Below, piece after piece: positions 41,878 to 51,530 of a stretch of DNA of 64,000 nt (its first letter is position 1; each line of letters opens with the position of its first letter). A program made the position numbers and the translations under genes. Location: contig JAEWBY010000094.1 in assembly GCA_023390905.1 (NCBI GenBank), positions 22,490 through 86,489 on the forward strand. The letters are read 5' to 3'. The notes under the pieces are model-generated. The model did not search any database and was not told the origin of the DNA. It worked only from the letters and a program-made list of their open reading frames with translations. The stretch comes from Pseudomonadota bacterium (GTDB lineage: Bacteria > Pseudomonadota > Gammaproteobacteria > Xanthomonadales > Xanthomonadaceae).

Positions 41878-43215
41878 TCAGGCCGACGGACGCTGGCGCT
41901 GGCCGCCACGACGGCCACCGTCGCGCGCCTGACCGCCATGCTTCTTGGGGCCGGCATGGTTCTGGCGCGGCGCATTGGGATGCGGACGACGCCCATGCTT
42001 GCGCGGAGCCTTCTGTCCACCCGGCCGCTCATCGCGCCCGGCCTGCGAATTGCCCCAGCGGATCGGCACGCGCGGCTCGAATCCGGGCACCTCGCGGATT
42101 TCCAGATCGCGCTGCAGCAGGCGATTGATCTGGCGCAGCCACTTGGCTTCGTCCTGGGCCACGATCGAGATCGCTTCGCCGCGCGCACCGGCGCGACCGG
42201 TGCGGCCGATGCGGTGCACGTAGTCCTCGGCCACCATCGGCAGATCGAAGTTGATGACACGCGGCAGCTGATCGATGTCGATGCCGCGCGCGGCGATGTC
42301 GGTGGCGACCAGCACGTTGACGCGGCCGGCCTTGAAGTCGCTCAGCGCGCGAAGACGAGCGCCCTGCGACTTGTTGCCGTGGATGGCGGCAGCACGCACG
42401 CCGCTCTTTTCCAGGAACGTGGCCAGCTTGTCGCAGCCATGCTTGGTACGGCCGAACACCAGCGTCTGCACGCGCGAGTCGGCGGCCAGCAGGTGCAGCA
42501 GCAGTTCGCGCTTGCGCTCGCCATCGACCGGATGCACGCGGTGATCGATGGTGTCGGCGACCGTGTTGCTGGGCGTGACCTGCACCTGTTGCGGGTTGCG
42601 CATGAACTCCAGCGCGAGCTCGCGGATCGGCTCGGCGAACGTGGCCGAGAACAGCAGCGTCTGCCGGTGCTGCTTCGGCAGCTTGGCCAGGATGCGCTTG
42701 ATCGAGGGCAGGAAGCCCATGTCGAGCATGCGGTCGGCTTCATCGAGCACGAGCACCTCGATGCCCGACAGATCCACGCTGCGGCGTTCGATGTGATCGA
42801 TCAACCGACCCGGGCAGGCGATCAGCAGATCCACGCCGCGACGCAGCGCATCGAGCTGGTTGCCCATGCCGACGCCGCCGTAGATGGTCGTGCTCGGAAT
42901 GCGCAGGTACTTGCCGTAGGTGCGCAGGCTGTCATGCACCTGCGTGGCGAGTTCCCGGGTGGGCGTGAGCACCAGCGCACGCGGCTTGCGTGCGCCGCGC
43001 GGCGCGACCTCCTGCGGCGTGGTCGCCAGGTACTGGATCAATGGCAGGCCGAAGGCGGCCGTCTTGCCGGTGCCGGTCTGGGCGCCGGCCAGCAGGTCAT
43101 GCCCTGCCAGGACGCAGGGAATGGCCTGCGACTGGATGGGGGTGGGTTCGGTGTAGCCCTGCTCTTCGAGGGCACGCAACAACGCGGGCGCAAGGCCCAG
43201 ACTGGCAAACGACAT
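41878..43215 (-). CDS. rhlE: DEAD-box RNA helicase
   Basis: AQTGTGKT, PTRELA, DEAD, SAT, HRIGRTGR, basic C-terminal tail. Confidence 0.9.
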   Translation of the reverse strand: MSFASLGLAPALLRALEEQGYTEPTPIQSQAIPCVLAGHDLLAGAQTGTGKTAAFGLPLIQYLATTPQEVAPRGARKPRALVLTPTRELATQVHDSLRTYGKYLRIPSTTIYGGVGMGNQLDALRRGVDLLIACPGRLIDHIERRSVDLSGIEVLVLDEADRMLDMGFLPSIKRILAKLPKQHRQTLLFSATFAEPIRELALEFMRNPQQVQVTPSNTVADTIDHRVHPVDGERKRELLLHLLAADSRVQTLVFGRTKHGCDKLATFLEKSGVRAAAIHGNKSQGARLRALSDFKAGRVNVLVATDIAARGIDIDQLPRVINFDLPMVAEDYVHRIGRTGRAGARGEAISIVAQDEAKWLRQINRLLQRDLEIREVPGFEPRVPIRWGNSQAGRDERPGGQKAPRKHGRRPHPNAPRQNHAGPKKHGGQARDGGRRGGQRQRPSA

Positions 43216-43559
43216 CGGATGAAGCTCCTGACATGGACGCCTTCACCGGACAGGGAGCTGCCGCAGGACATGGCGTCAAACCCGAAGCGTTCCCTGAAAC
43301 CGCGCTGCGAGGGGGATGGCGGCGACGCCAACATGGCGCGACCGGGTTTGCTCAACGAAGAAGTCGGAGTGGAGCGGACGCAGCCGGAACGGCGGCATCG
43401 GCGGGCCTGTCGGGAAACGAACGGCCGCTGGCAAACGGCGCGCACTTTAACCGATCCCGGCCGCCGGGCCAAGCGAACCAGTCCACATTAATGAAAGTGA
43501 AGCCAGCGTAAATTTGCCCGCGACGGTATGATGGGGCGTCCCTCCCTGTGTCGCCGCCC

Positions 43560-44336
43560 ATGAGCCTGCGCGTACTCCGCCAGAACGGTCAGCCAGTCGT
43601 ACCGACACCGCACGGGTGCGGTGGCGCCCGTGACGCCGATGCGCAGACGGCCGGCTGTACCGGTTGCCTGGTGCGCCATCTGGCGGTGTGCGCCGCGTTG
43701 CCGCTGGATCAAGCGCGCTCGCTGGAAACCCTGGCCGGCGACATTCCGCTGCGCGCCGGCGAAGTGCTCGCGCGCGAGGGTGATCCGCGCCGCGAAGTCT
43801 TCACCGTGACCTCGGGCGCGCTGCGCCGCATCCGCCTGCTGGCGGACGGACGCCGGCTGGTGGCCGGCTTCCTGATGCCCGGCGACTTCATCGGTTTCAG
43901 TGGCGCCTCGCACTATCGCCATTCGATTGAAGCGATCACCGACAGCACGCTGTGCGCATTCTCGATGCAGGACATGCGCACCCTGTGCGCTCGTCATCCC
44001 GAGCTGGAGCGCGAACTGCTGGAACGCGCCTGCGTCGAACTCGACGCCACGCGCGCGAACCTGATGTCGCTGGCCCGCATGACCCCGCTGGAGCGGCTGT
44101 CCTCGTTCCTGCTCGACATGGACGCACGCCGCCGCCGCAATGGACAGCAGGGCGACGAAGTCGTGCTGCCGATGCCGCGCACCGATATCGCCGACTACCT
44201 GGGCCTGACGGTGGAAACGGTGAGCCGCAGCTTCACCCGCCTGCGCCAGGACGGCCTGATCTCGGCCGATGATCCGCATCATGTGGTGCTCAAGGATCGC
44301 AAGCGGCTGGCGACGCTGGCCGAACTGCGCGCCTGA
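43560..44336 (+). CDS. FNR-type Crp/Fnr transcriptional regulator
   Basis: N-terminal CTGC-x7-C cluster, central Cys (TLCAF), HTH DIADYLGLTVETVSR. Confidence 0.88.
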   Translation: MSLRVLRQNGQPVVPTPHGCGGARDADAQTAGCTGCLVRHLAVCAALPLDQARSLETLAGDIPLRAGEVLAREGDPRREVFTVTSGALRRIRLLADGRRLVAGFLMPGDFIGFSGASHYRHSIEAITDSTLCAFSMQDMRTLCARHPELERELLERACVELDATRANLMSLARMTPLERLSSFLLDMDARRRRNGQQGDEVVLPMPRTDIADYLGLTVETVSRSFTRLRQDGLISADDPHHVVLKDRKRLATLAELRA

Positions 44337-44344
44337 TCCACGCG

Positions 44345-46015
44345 TCAGTCGCGCTGACGCAGCAACCTGCCTTCGATCAACCGATATCGTTCGTGCACGG
44401 TGCCGGATGGCAGTTCGGCATGGGTGATGATCAACACGCTGCGACCTTCGGCCGCGCGGACCAGATCGATCATCAATGCTTCGGCCGTATCCTGATCCAG
44501 TCCTTCGGTCGGCTCATCGAGCAGCAGGATGGGCGCATCGCGCAGCAGTGCACGCGCCAGCGCGAGCCGGCGCGCCTGCCCGGCCGAAAGCGTGGCGCCG
44601 TTCTCGCCGACCCAGCCATCCAGCCCCGACGCCCAGCTCCGCACCAGGCCATCCAGCCTGACGCGTTCGAGCACCGCCCACATGCGCGCATCGTCCGCAT
44701 CGGGATCGCCCATGCGCAGGTTCTCGCGCACGCTGCCCGCGAAGACCGGCGCATCCTGCGGCAGCCACGCAAGTTTCCGCTGCCATGCCTCGACACCGGA
44801 TTCGCGCAGATCCGCACCGCCGAAGCGCACGCATCCGCCGTCCGGATCGCGCAGGCGCAGCAGTAGCGCGAACAGCGATGATTTCCCCGCACCACTGTCG
44901 CCCTGGATCGCGATGCGCCCGCCCGGTGGCAGCGTCAGACCGATGCACTGGAGCACGTCGCGCGGTTGCCCGGGCCAGCGCAGTGTCACCTGTTCCAGTG
45001 CCAGCGAACCGTGATCGGGAAGCGCGGCAGCCCCCGCCATAGGCAACGCGACCGGGGCGGAGACGACCGCCTGCAGCCGTGAGGCCGAAGCGCGCGCCGC
45101 CATCCATGCCTGCCACGCGGCACCGATGCCCGCGGCGGCTTCCAGCAACCCCATCGCCATGAAGAACAAGCCACCCGCGGCCGGTGCGGACAACGCGCCG
45201 GATCCGAACGCCGCGAATGCAATCGCGGCGAGCGCGGCCAGCAGCACCGCTGCCACCACGCCCTGCAGCAACACGCCGAGATTGAGCCAGCGCTTGCGTT
45301 GAAGCTCGCAGCGCGACACGCGTTGCTGGATCGCCAGGATGTCCGCGCGCCAGATCCCGATGCCGTCGAACGCGATCAAGTCCGTCGCGCCTTCGACGCC
45401 TTCCATCAACGCGTAGCGCAGTTCGGCACGCACCGCGGCGCGCTCACGTTCGATGCTTCGCACCGCGCTTGCGGAAATCGCGGTGACCGCAGCGATGAGT
45501 GCGCCGGCACCGGCCATCAGCCAGGCCGCCGGCCCATGCACCGCGAAGGTGGCGGCAATCCCGATCAACCACAACAGCAGCAAGGCGAGCAGCGGGCCGA
45601 TCGCGCGCACGATCATTCCGTCCACCGCTTCGACATCCGCCACCAGCCGCGCCAGCAGATCGCCGACGCGGAGCCGGCCAAGCCCGAGCGGCGCCCGTGG
45701 CAGCGCACGGCGGAAGAACCACACCCGCAGATCGCGCGCCAGCGCCAGCGTGACCTGATGCCCGAACACGCGTTCGCCGTAGCGCGAGAGAATGCGCGCG
45801 AAGGTCAGCGCACGGATGCCCGCCGAAGGAGCAAACAGATTGAAGGCCGCAGCCGATGCGCCGGCCAGTGCGGTCGCGATCAGGAAATGCCCGGACAATC
45901 CGAGCAGTCCGGTCCCGGCCAGCAGCGTGACCAGCAACAGGGCGACGGCCAGCAGGATGCCACCGGTTTGCCGCAGGAAAACGCTGCGCATGCGATCGGC
46001 CTCATCGCGCTTCAT
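44345..46015 (-). CDS. cydC: ABC exporter subunit CydC
   Basis: GLLGLSGHF, NLFAPSAGIR, RYGERVFGH, LR.GDLLARLVADV, Walker A GDSGAGKS. Confidence 0.85.
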   Translation of the reverse strand: MKRDEADRMRSVFLRQTGGILLAVALLLVTLLAGTGLLGLSGHFLIATALAGASAAAFNLFAPSAGIRALTFARILSRYGERVFGHQVTLALARDLRVWFFRRALPRAPLGLGRLRVGDLLARLVADVEAVDGMIVRAIGPLLALLLLWLIGIAATFAVHGPAAWLMAGAGALIAAVTAISASAVRSIERERAAVRAELRYALMEGVEGATDLIAFDGIGIWRADILAIQQRVSRCELQRKRWLNLGVLLQGVVAAVLLAALAAIAFAAFGSGALSAPAAGGLFFMAMGLLEAAAGIGAAWQAWMAARASASRLQAVVSAPVALPMAGAAALPDHGSLALEQVTLRWPGQPRDVLQCIGLTLPPGGRIAIQGDSGAGKSSLFALLLRLRDPDGGCVRFGGADLRESGVEAWQRKLAWLPQDAPVFAGSVRENLRMGDPDADDARMWAVLERVRLDGLVRSWASGLDGWVGENGATLSAGQARRLALARALLRDAPILLLDEPTEGLDQDTAEALMIDLVRAAEGRSVLIITHAELPSGTVHERYRLIEGRLLRQRD

Positions 46016-47702
46016 GCGGATCTCCTGCGTCGGCCGCATGCAAGCGCAGCACGCGCCCGCATCGACGCATGGCCGCATCACTGTGCGTGGCCATGATCAG
46101 AATGCGGCCACGCGCGAACTCGAACAGCGCATCGAGCACGTCGCGTTCGGTCTGCGGGTCCAGGAAGGCGGTGGGTTCATCCAGCAACAGCACGTCCGGC
46201 GCGCGCAGGAACAAGCGCGCCAGCGCGATGCGCCGCGCTTCGCCGCCGGAAAGGCCGAAACCGCGCTCACCGATGACGGTGTCCAGCCCGTGCGTCAGGC
46301 GCGCGGCGAAGCGCATCACCTGCGCGGCCTGCGCAGCGGCGCGCACCGCCTCGTCGGTGGCTTCCGGCGCAGCGATGCGCAGGTTGTCGGCGAGACTGCC
46401 ATGAAAGAGAAAAGGCCGCTGCGGCGCATAGCCGATGCAGGGCCGGGCGCGATGAACGACCGCGCCCGGTTCGATGGGCAGCCAGCCAGCGAGTGCTTCC
46501 AGCAGCGTCGTCTTGCCTGCGCCGCTCGCGCCGATGATGGCCAGATGTTCGCCTTCGTGCAGATCGAAGCTGATCGGCGTACACAATGCCCCGCCCTCGG
46601 GAACTGCGCGCAGGTGCAGTGCACGCACGCGCAACCGTGGAGCGTGCTCATCGGCCTGTGCGAGGGCCGCCGGGCTCGATGTGGTCGAAGCAGCTTCGTC
46701 CGTCGAATCGAGCAAGTGTTCGATCTCGCCCGCAGCGGCACGCGCAGCCGCACGATCGTGGTAATGCGTGGCGAGCCTTCGCAGCGGCGCATGGAACTCC
46801 GGGGCGAGCAACAGGCAGAACACGCCGGTGAACAGATCCAGCGGTTCGCCGCGCCAGTGCAGCATCCCGAGATAGCTCAGTCCCAGGTACAGCGCAATCA
46901 TCGCCACGCTGACCGAGGCAAAGAATTCCAGCACGGCCGAGGAAAGGAACGCGATGCGCAGGACCTTGAGGCTGCGTTCGCGCACCCCTTCGGCAGCCTG
47001 CGCGATGCCGTGCAGCTCGGCTTCACCGCGCCCGTACACGCGAATGAGCCCCAGGCCGCGCAATCGATCCGCGAAGTGCCCGCCAAGCCGCGCCAGTGCC
47101 TGCAACTGTTGACGGCTGGCGGCCTCCGCGCCCCAGCCGACGAGCATCATGAAGATCGGCGCGAGCGGCAGCGTGAAAAACAGGACTGCGCCGACGATCC
47201 AGTCCATCCAGAACACCGGCAGCAGGATCAGAAACGGCACCCACACCACCTCGGTGCGCGCAATCAGGAAGCCGCCGAAATAGCCCTCGAGCGCATCCAC
47301 GTGGCCGCTGATCGCTTCGACCAGTTCGCCACTGCGCTGGCGCCGCAACCATCGCGGCCCACGCTCATGCAGGCGCGGCAGAAGTTGTGCGCGCAACGCG
47401 GTGCGGATCTGCTCGACGGCTCCATCCGCCTGCGCGCGCGCGAACGCCGCCACGCAGGCACGTACCGCGGCGACGCATGCGAACAACCACAAAGCCCACG
47501 CGATCGATGCGGCGGTTGCACCGTCGACGAATACGCGTTGCATGCAATGGGCGATGAGGGCCGCCTGCGGAATCAACAACACACCGGCGATCACGGTGGC
47601 GATGCGTGCGGTGTTCAACCGCCGCCGGGCCGGCGCGGCCCATGCCTGCAATCGACGCGATGTCGCTGCATCCGCCGCAGAGGGCCGATCGCGCGCGGTC
47701 AC
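46002..47702 (-). CDS. cydD: ABC exporter subunit CydD
   Basis: PIFMMLVG, F.DRLRGL, VLRIAFLSSAVLEFF, LAPEFHAPLR..YH, LSGGE. Confidence 0.88.
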   Translation of the reverse strand: MTARDRPSAADAATSRRLQAWAAPARRRLNTARIATVIAGVLLIPQAALIAHCMQRVFVDGATAASIAWALWLFACVAAVRACVAAFARAQADGAVEQIRTALRAQLLPRLHERGPRWLRRQRSGELVEAISGHVDALEGYFGGFLIARTEVVWVPFLILLPVFWMDWIVGAVLFFTLPLAPIFMMLVGWGAEAASRQQLQALARLGGHFADRLRGLGLIRVYGRGEAELHGIAQAAEGVRERSLKVLRIAFLSSAVLEFFASVSVAMIALYLGLSYLGMLHWRGEPLDLFTGVFCLLLAPEFHAPLRRLATHYHDRAAARAAAGEIEHLLDSTDEAASTTSSPAALAQADEHAPRLRVRALHLRAVPEGGALCTPISFDLHEGEHLAIIGASGAGKTTLLEALAGWLPIEPGAVVHRARPCIGYAPQRPFLFHGSLADNLRIAAPEATDEAVRAAAQAAQVMRFAARLTHGLDTVIGERGFGLSGGEARRIALARLFLRAPDVLLLDEPTAFLDPQTERDVLDALFEFARGRILIMATHSDAAMRRCGRVLRLHAADAGDPHEAR

Positions 47703-47715
47703 GCCGGCGCGACCG

Positions 47716-48441
47716 TCATGCCGGCAGCGTGCGGCACCCGAGCGCGCTCAGTACGGCATGCATCGCCGGCACGTGCATCAACCACGGCGCACTCAATGTC
47801 AGCACGCCGGCCGTGAGCACCACGCAGGCCGCGAGCGTGCGCAGCGCCGGTCGCTGCAGCCAGCGCCCCATGCGCGCGCCGGACCAGGTGAGCGGCACCA
47901 TCATCGGCAGCGTGCCGAGCCCGAAGGCCAGCATCGTCAGCGCCGCATCGCGCGCATTGGCCTGCAACCACGCCGCGGTCAGCATCGTCATGCTGACGCC
48001 GCACGGCAGCCAGCCCCACAGCATGCCCATGCCGAAGCGCCGCAGGCCCGTGTCGGCCGGCATCAGCCGGGATTGCAGCGGACGCAGCAGGTTCCAGAAG
48101 CGCGCGGCCGGACGAGCGAGAAAGTTGAAGCGGCCGCGACGATCGAGCAGCCGCAGCGCGACGAAGACCAGCACCAGACCGACGGCCATGCGCAGGCCGA
48201 GCGCGAGCCAGTCCATCCGGAACACGCGCAGCAGGCCACCGCCGAGTCCGCCCACGATCGCGCCGGCCAGCACATAACCGCCCATGCGTCCGAGGTTCAC
48301 CTGCAATGCCGGCCACCAGCCGTTGCGCTGGCTCACCGCGGAGAAGCCGGTCGCGATGCCGCCGCACATCGCCGCGCAGTGCACGCCGCCGAGCAGGCCG
48401 CTCAACCACGCCGCGAGCAGGGTCAGGCCATCAACCGGCAT
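47716..48441 (-). CDS. TauE/SafE (DsbD_2) family protein of cbb3 assembly clusters
   Basis: HCAAMCGG, NLGRM..Y, WGWLPCG, MLAFGLGTLP. Confidence 0.85.
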   Translation of the reverse strand: MPVDGLTLLAAWLSGLLGGVHCAAMCGGIATGFSAVSQRNGWWPALQVNLGRMGGYVLAGAIVGGLGGGLLRVFRMDWLALGLRMAVGLVLVFVALRLLDRRGRFNFLARPAARFWNLLRPLQSRLMPADTGLRRFGMGMLWGWLPCGVSMTMLTAAWLQANARDAALTMLAFGLGTLPMMVPLTWSGARMGRWLQRPALRTLAACVVLTAGVLTLSAPWLMHVPAMHAVLSALGCRTLPA

Positions 48442-48628
48442 CATCATCCCGCCGCGATGCCGACTCGCCATGCTTCCGGGCCGGCGGTGCATTCTCGTCG
48501 TCGAGGATGTCCAGCGGCGGCGTGTCGAGATCGTCGAACTGGCCGCCGCGCACCGCCCACACGAACGCCGCGATCGCCGCGCCGAGCAGCAACAGGCTGA
48601 TGGGTATCAACATCAACAGGATCGTCAT
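48431..48628 (-). CDS. ccoS: cbb3 oxidase assembly protein CcoS
   Basis: LIPISL..F.WAVRGGQFDDLD. Confidence 0.92.
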   Translation of the reverse strand: MTILLMLIPISLLLLGAAIAAFVWAVRGGQFDDLDTPPLDILDDENAPPARKHGESASRRDDDAG

Positions 48629-51021
48629 CGGGATTCCGTCACGGGAGCGGACACGCGCGTCAGGCGCAGGGCGTTGAGCGTGACCAGCAGCGAGGACAGC
48701 GCCATGCCCAGCGCCGCCAGCCACGGCGTGACCCAGCCCATCGCCGCCAGCGGCAGCGCGAGCAGATTGTAGGCCAGCGCCCATCCCAGGTTCTGGCGGA
48801 TGACCCGTTGTGTGCGCCGGGCGAGCTCCACCGTCGCGGGCAGGCGCGAGAGCGTGCTGCCGGTCATCACCAGATCGGCGGCACGCTGCGCGAGCGGCGC
48901 GCCCTGCCCCATGGCGACCGAGACGTCGGCACCGGCGAGCACCGGCGCGTCGTTGATGCCGTCGCCGACCATCGCCACGATGCGGCCGCGCGCCTGCAAG
49001 GCGTGCACGTAGGCGAGCTTGTCCTCGGGCGTCTGCCGCGCGCGCGGCGCATCGATGCCCAAGCGTCCGGCGAAGTCGTGCACCGCGCGTTCGCCATCGC
49101 CGCTGGCCAGATGGACCTGCAAGCCCTGGGCGCGCAACGCGGCGATCGCGACCCGCGCGTCATCGCGTTCGGCTTCGCGCAACCGGAAGCGGGCGAAGCG
49201 ATGTTCGCCATCACCGAGCCAGATCGCGCCGTCATCTTCGCCGCCGAATGCGAACGGCGCCTGGCCCAGCCGCCAACTGCAGCCGACGACCGTGCCGGCC
49301 ACGCCCTGCCCTGTCACCGTCTGCACGTCGTGGGCGTGCCCGGTTTCGATGCCGTCCTGCCGGAACGCGTGCGCGAGCGGATGGCCACTGTCGCGTTCGA
49401 GTGCGGCGGCGATCATCAGCGCCTGATCGCGCGACATGCCATTGAAGACTTCGGTCTCGATCGACAGGGATTGCGGATCACTCAGCGTGCCGGTCTTGTC
49501 GAACACGATGTCGTCGGCACGCGCGAAGGTGTCCAGCGCATCGGCGCGCGTGGCCAGCACGCCCAGCCGTGCGAGCGCACCGTGTGCGGCGGCCAGCGCG
49601 GTCGGCACGGACAGCGACAGCGCGCAGGGGCAACTGATCACCAGCAGCGCCAGCGTCACTTCGAACGCGCGTTGCGGCGCATGGAAATGCCACACCGTGT
49701 AAACGACCACCGCCGCCAGCAGCAGGCCGGCCACGAAGCGGCCGCCGATGCGATCGGCCACGCGGGCGATTGGCGGGCGATGCGCCTGTGCCTGTTCGAC
49801 AAGGCGTGCCAGTTGCGACAACCGCGTCGCGCTGCCCACATCGGTGACACGGATGCGCGCGGGACGCTCGCGGCACAGCGTTCCCGCATACACCGCGGCG
49901 CCCAGCCGCTTGTGCACCGGACGCGATTCGCCGGTCAGCAGCGCCTCCTCGAAGCTGGCCTCCTCATCGAGCAGCACGCCATCGGCCGGCACGTTCTCGC
50001 CCGCGGCCACGCGCACCACGTCGTTCTGCGCCAGCGTGCCCACCGGCACCGATTCGCGCTGTCCGCCCGCGCCTTCGCGCACGGCGAACGCCGGCCGCGC
50101 GCGCGCCAGCGCATCGACCTGCGCGGTCGCGATGTTGCGTGCGCGTTGTTCGAGCATGCGCGCGGCCAGCAGCAGGAACACGAACATCACCGCCGCGTCG
50201 TACCACACATGCGCGCCGCCACGGATCGTTTCGATCAGGCTCGCCAGATACGCCAGCAGGGTCGAGCCGGCGATCAGCGTATCCATGCCGAGGTGACGCT
50301 CGCGCAGTTCGCGCCACGCACCGGCCAGGAACGGCCAGCCGGAATAGAACACCACCGGCGCCGAGACCAGGAACGTCAGCCAGCGGAAGAAATCGCGCGT
50401 CGGGATCGGCATCGTCGAATCGACGTCCAGATATAGCGCTTCGGCCAGCATCATCGCCTGCAATGCGCCAAGGCCGGCAATGCCCAGACGCAGCAGCCAG
50501 CGATTGCGTTCGCGCACGCGCGCGCGCTCGCTGGCCTCGCCTCCGGCCAGATAGGGCCGATAACCGAGCATGGTCATGCGTTGCAGCAAGCGCGAAAGCG
50601 GCGCCTGCTCCGGCTTCCATGCAATGCGCACGCGACCGGTCACCGCGTTGGCGGTGCTGTCGATCACGCCCGGCTCCCGCGCCAGCGCGCGATCGATCAG
50701 CCACGCGCATGCGGCGCAGCGCATGCCGTCGGTCAGCAGGATGATCTCGCGCCCGCCATCGACCGGATGGCTGTGTTCGACCAGGACTCCATCGCGATCC
50801 CAGACGGTCAGGTCGACGCCGTCCTCGTCGACGCGGCCGGCCGCCGTGCTGCGCAGACGGTAGTAGCTGCCGAGATCCGAGTGGCGGATCCATTCGGCCG
50901 CCGCCGCGCATCCGTGGCAGCAGAACGCCAGCAGTTCCTCATCGATGTGCCGCGTGATGGCTTCAGCAGGCAGTCCCTCGCCACAGTGATAGCAACGCGG
51001 CGGGGACGCCGGGGCATTCAC
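48625..51021 (-). CDS. ccoI: Copper-translocating P1B-type ATPase CcoI
   Basis: CYHC, FCCHGC, CAAC, TGES, CPC, DKTGT, GDGIND. Confidence 0.93.
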   Translation of the reverse strand: MNAPASPPRCYHCGEGLPAEAITRHIDEELLAFCCHGCAAAAEWIRHSDLGSYYRLRSTAAGRVDEDGVDLTVWDRDGVLVEHSHPVDGGREIILLTDGMRCAACAWLIDRALAREPGVIDSTANAVTGRVRIAWKPEQAPLSRLLQRMTMLGYRPYLAGGEASERARVRERNRWLLRLGIAGLGALQAMMLAEALYLDVDSTMPIPTRDFFRWLTFLVSAPVVFYSGWPFLAGAWRELRERHLGMDTLIAGSTLLAYLASLIETIRGGAHVWYDAAVMFVFLLLAARMLEQRARNIATAQVDALARARPAFAVREGAGGQRESVPVGTLAQNDVVRVAAGENVPADGVLLDEEASFEEALLTGESRPVHKRLGAAVYAGTLCRERPARIRVTDVGSATRLSQLARLVEQAQAHRPPIARVADRIGGRFVAGLLLAAVVVYTVWHFHAPQRAFEVTLALLVISCPCALSLSVPTALAAAHGALARLGVLATRADALDTFARADDIVFDKTGTLSDPQSLSIETEVFNGMSRDQALMIAAALERDSGHPLAHAFRQDGIETGHAHDVQTVTGQGVAGTVVGCSWRLGQAPFAFGGEDDGAIWLGDGEHRFARFRLREAERDDARVAIAALRAQGLQVHLASGDGERAVHDFAGRLGIDAPRARQTPEDKLAYVHALQARGRIVAMVGDGINDAPVLAGADVSVAMGQGAPLAQRAADLVMTGSTLSRLPATVELARRTQRVIRQNLGWALAYNLLALPLAAMGWVTPWLAALGMALSSLLVTLNALRLTRVSAPVTESR

Positions 51022-51530
51022 GTGCCGTCGCTCTCCGCTATCACGGGCGCCAGTCGCGCCGCGTGCTGATCCTTCGGCAGGCGGCCCTTGATGCGCCATT
51101 CGCCGTTCTTCGGCGTGATCTGCAGACGCCAGTCATGTCCCAGATCGAGATCCGGCACGGTCACCCGCCAGCCCAGTCCGCCGGGCAGCAAGCTAAGCTG
51201 CCGGTCCTGCTCCTTGAGGGTGGGATGCAGCAGTTGCAGTTCCAGGGGCGCCTTGCGATCGAGTTCACCGGTCACCGGAATGACTTCCAGCGCATCGCGA
51301 TCCACGCGCAGCACCACGCTGATGTCCATCTGGCGGGCGCGCTGGTCCGGGCCGAGATCGGTGGTCTGGATTTGCGAAACGCGATCGACCTTGTCGATCA
51401 CCGCATCGGTGCCGCCGCTGCGCGCGGCGATCACGACCAGGCTTACACCGGCGATGACCGAGGCCAGTGGCAGCGCGATCACCAGCCAGACCATCGGCTC
51501 GCGCCAGGCGGAACGGGGGGATTCATTCAT
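51018..51530 (-). CDS. ccoH: FixH/CcoH family protein
   Basis: WREPMVWLVIALP, LLHPT..QD; located between ccoG and ccoI. Confidence 0.82.
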   Translation of the reverse strand: MNESPRSAWREPMVWLVIALPLASVIAGVSLVVIAARSGGTDAVIDKVDRVSQIQTTDLGPDQRARQMDISVVLRVDRDALEVIPVTGELDRKAPLELQLLHPTLKEQDRQLSLLPGGLGWRVTVPDLDLGHDWRLQITPKNGEWRIKGRLPKDQHAARLAPVIAESDGT

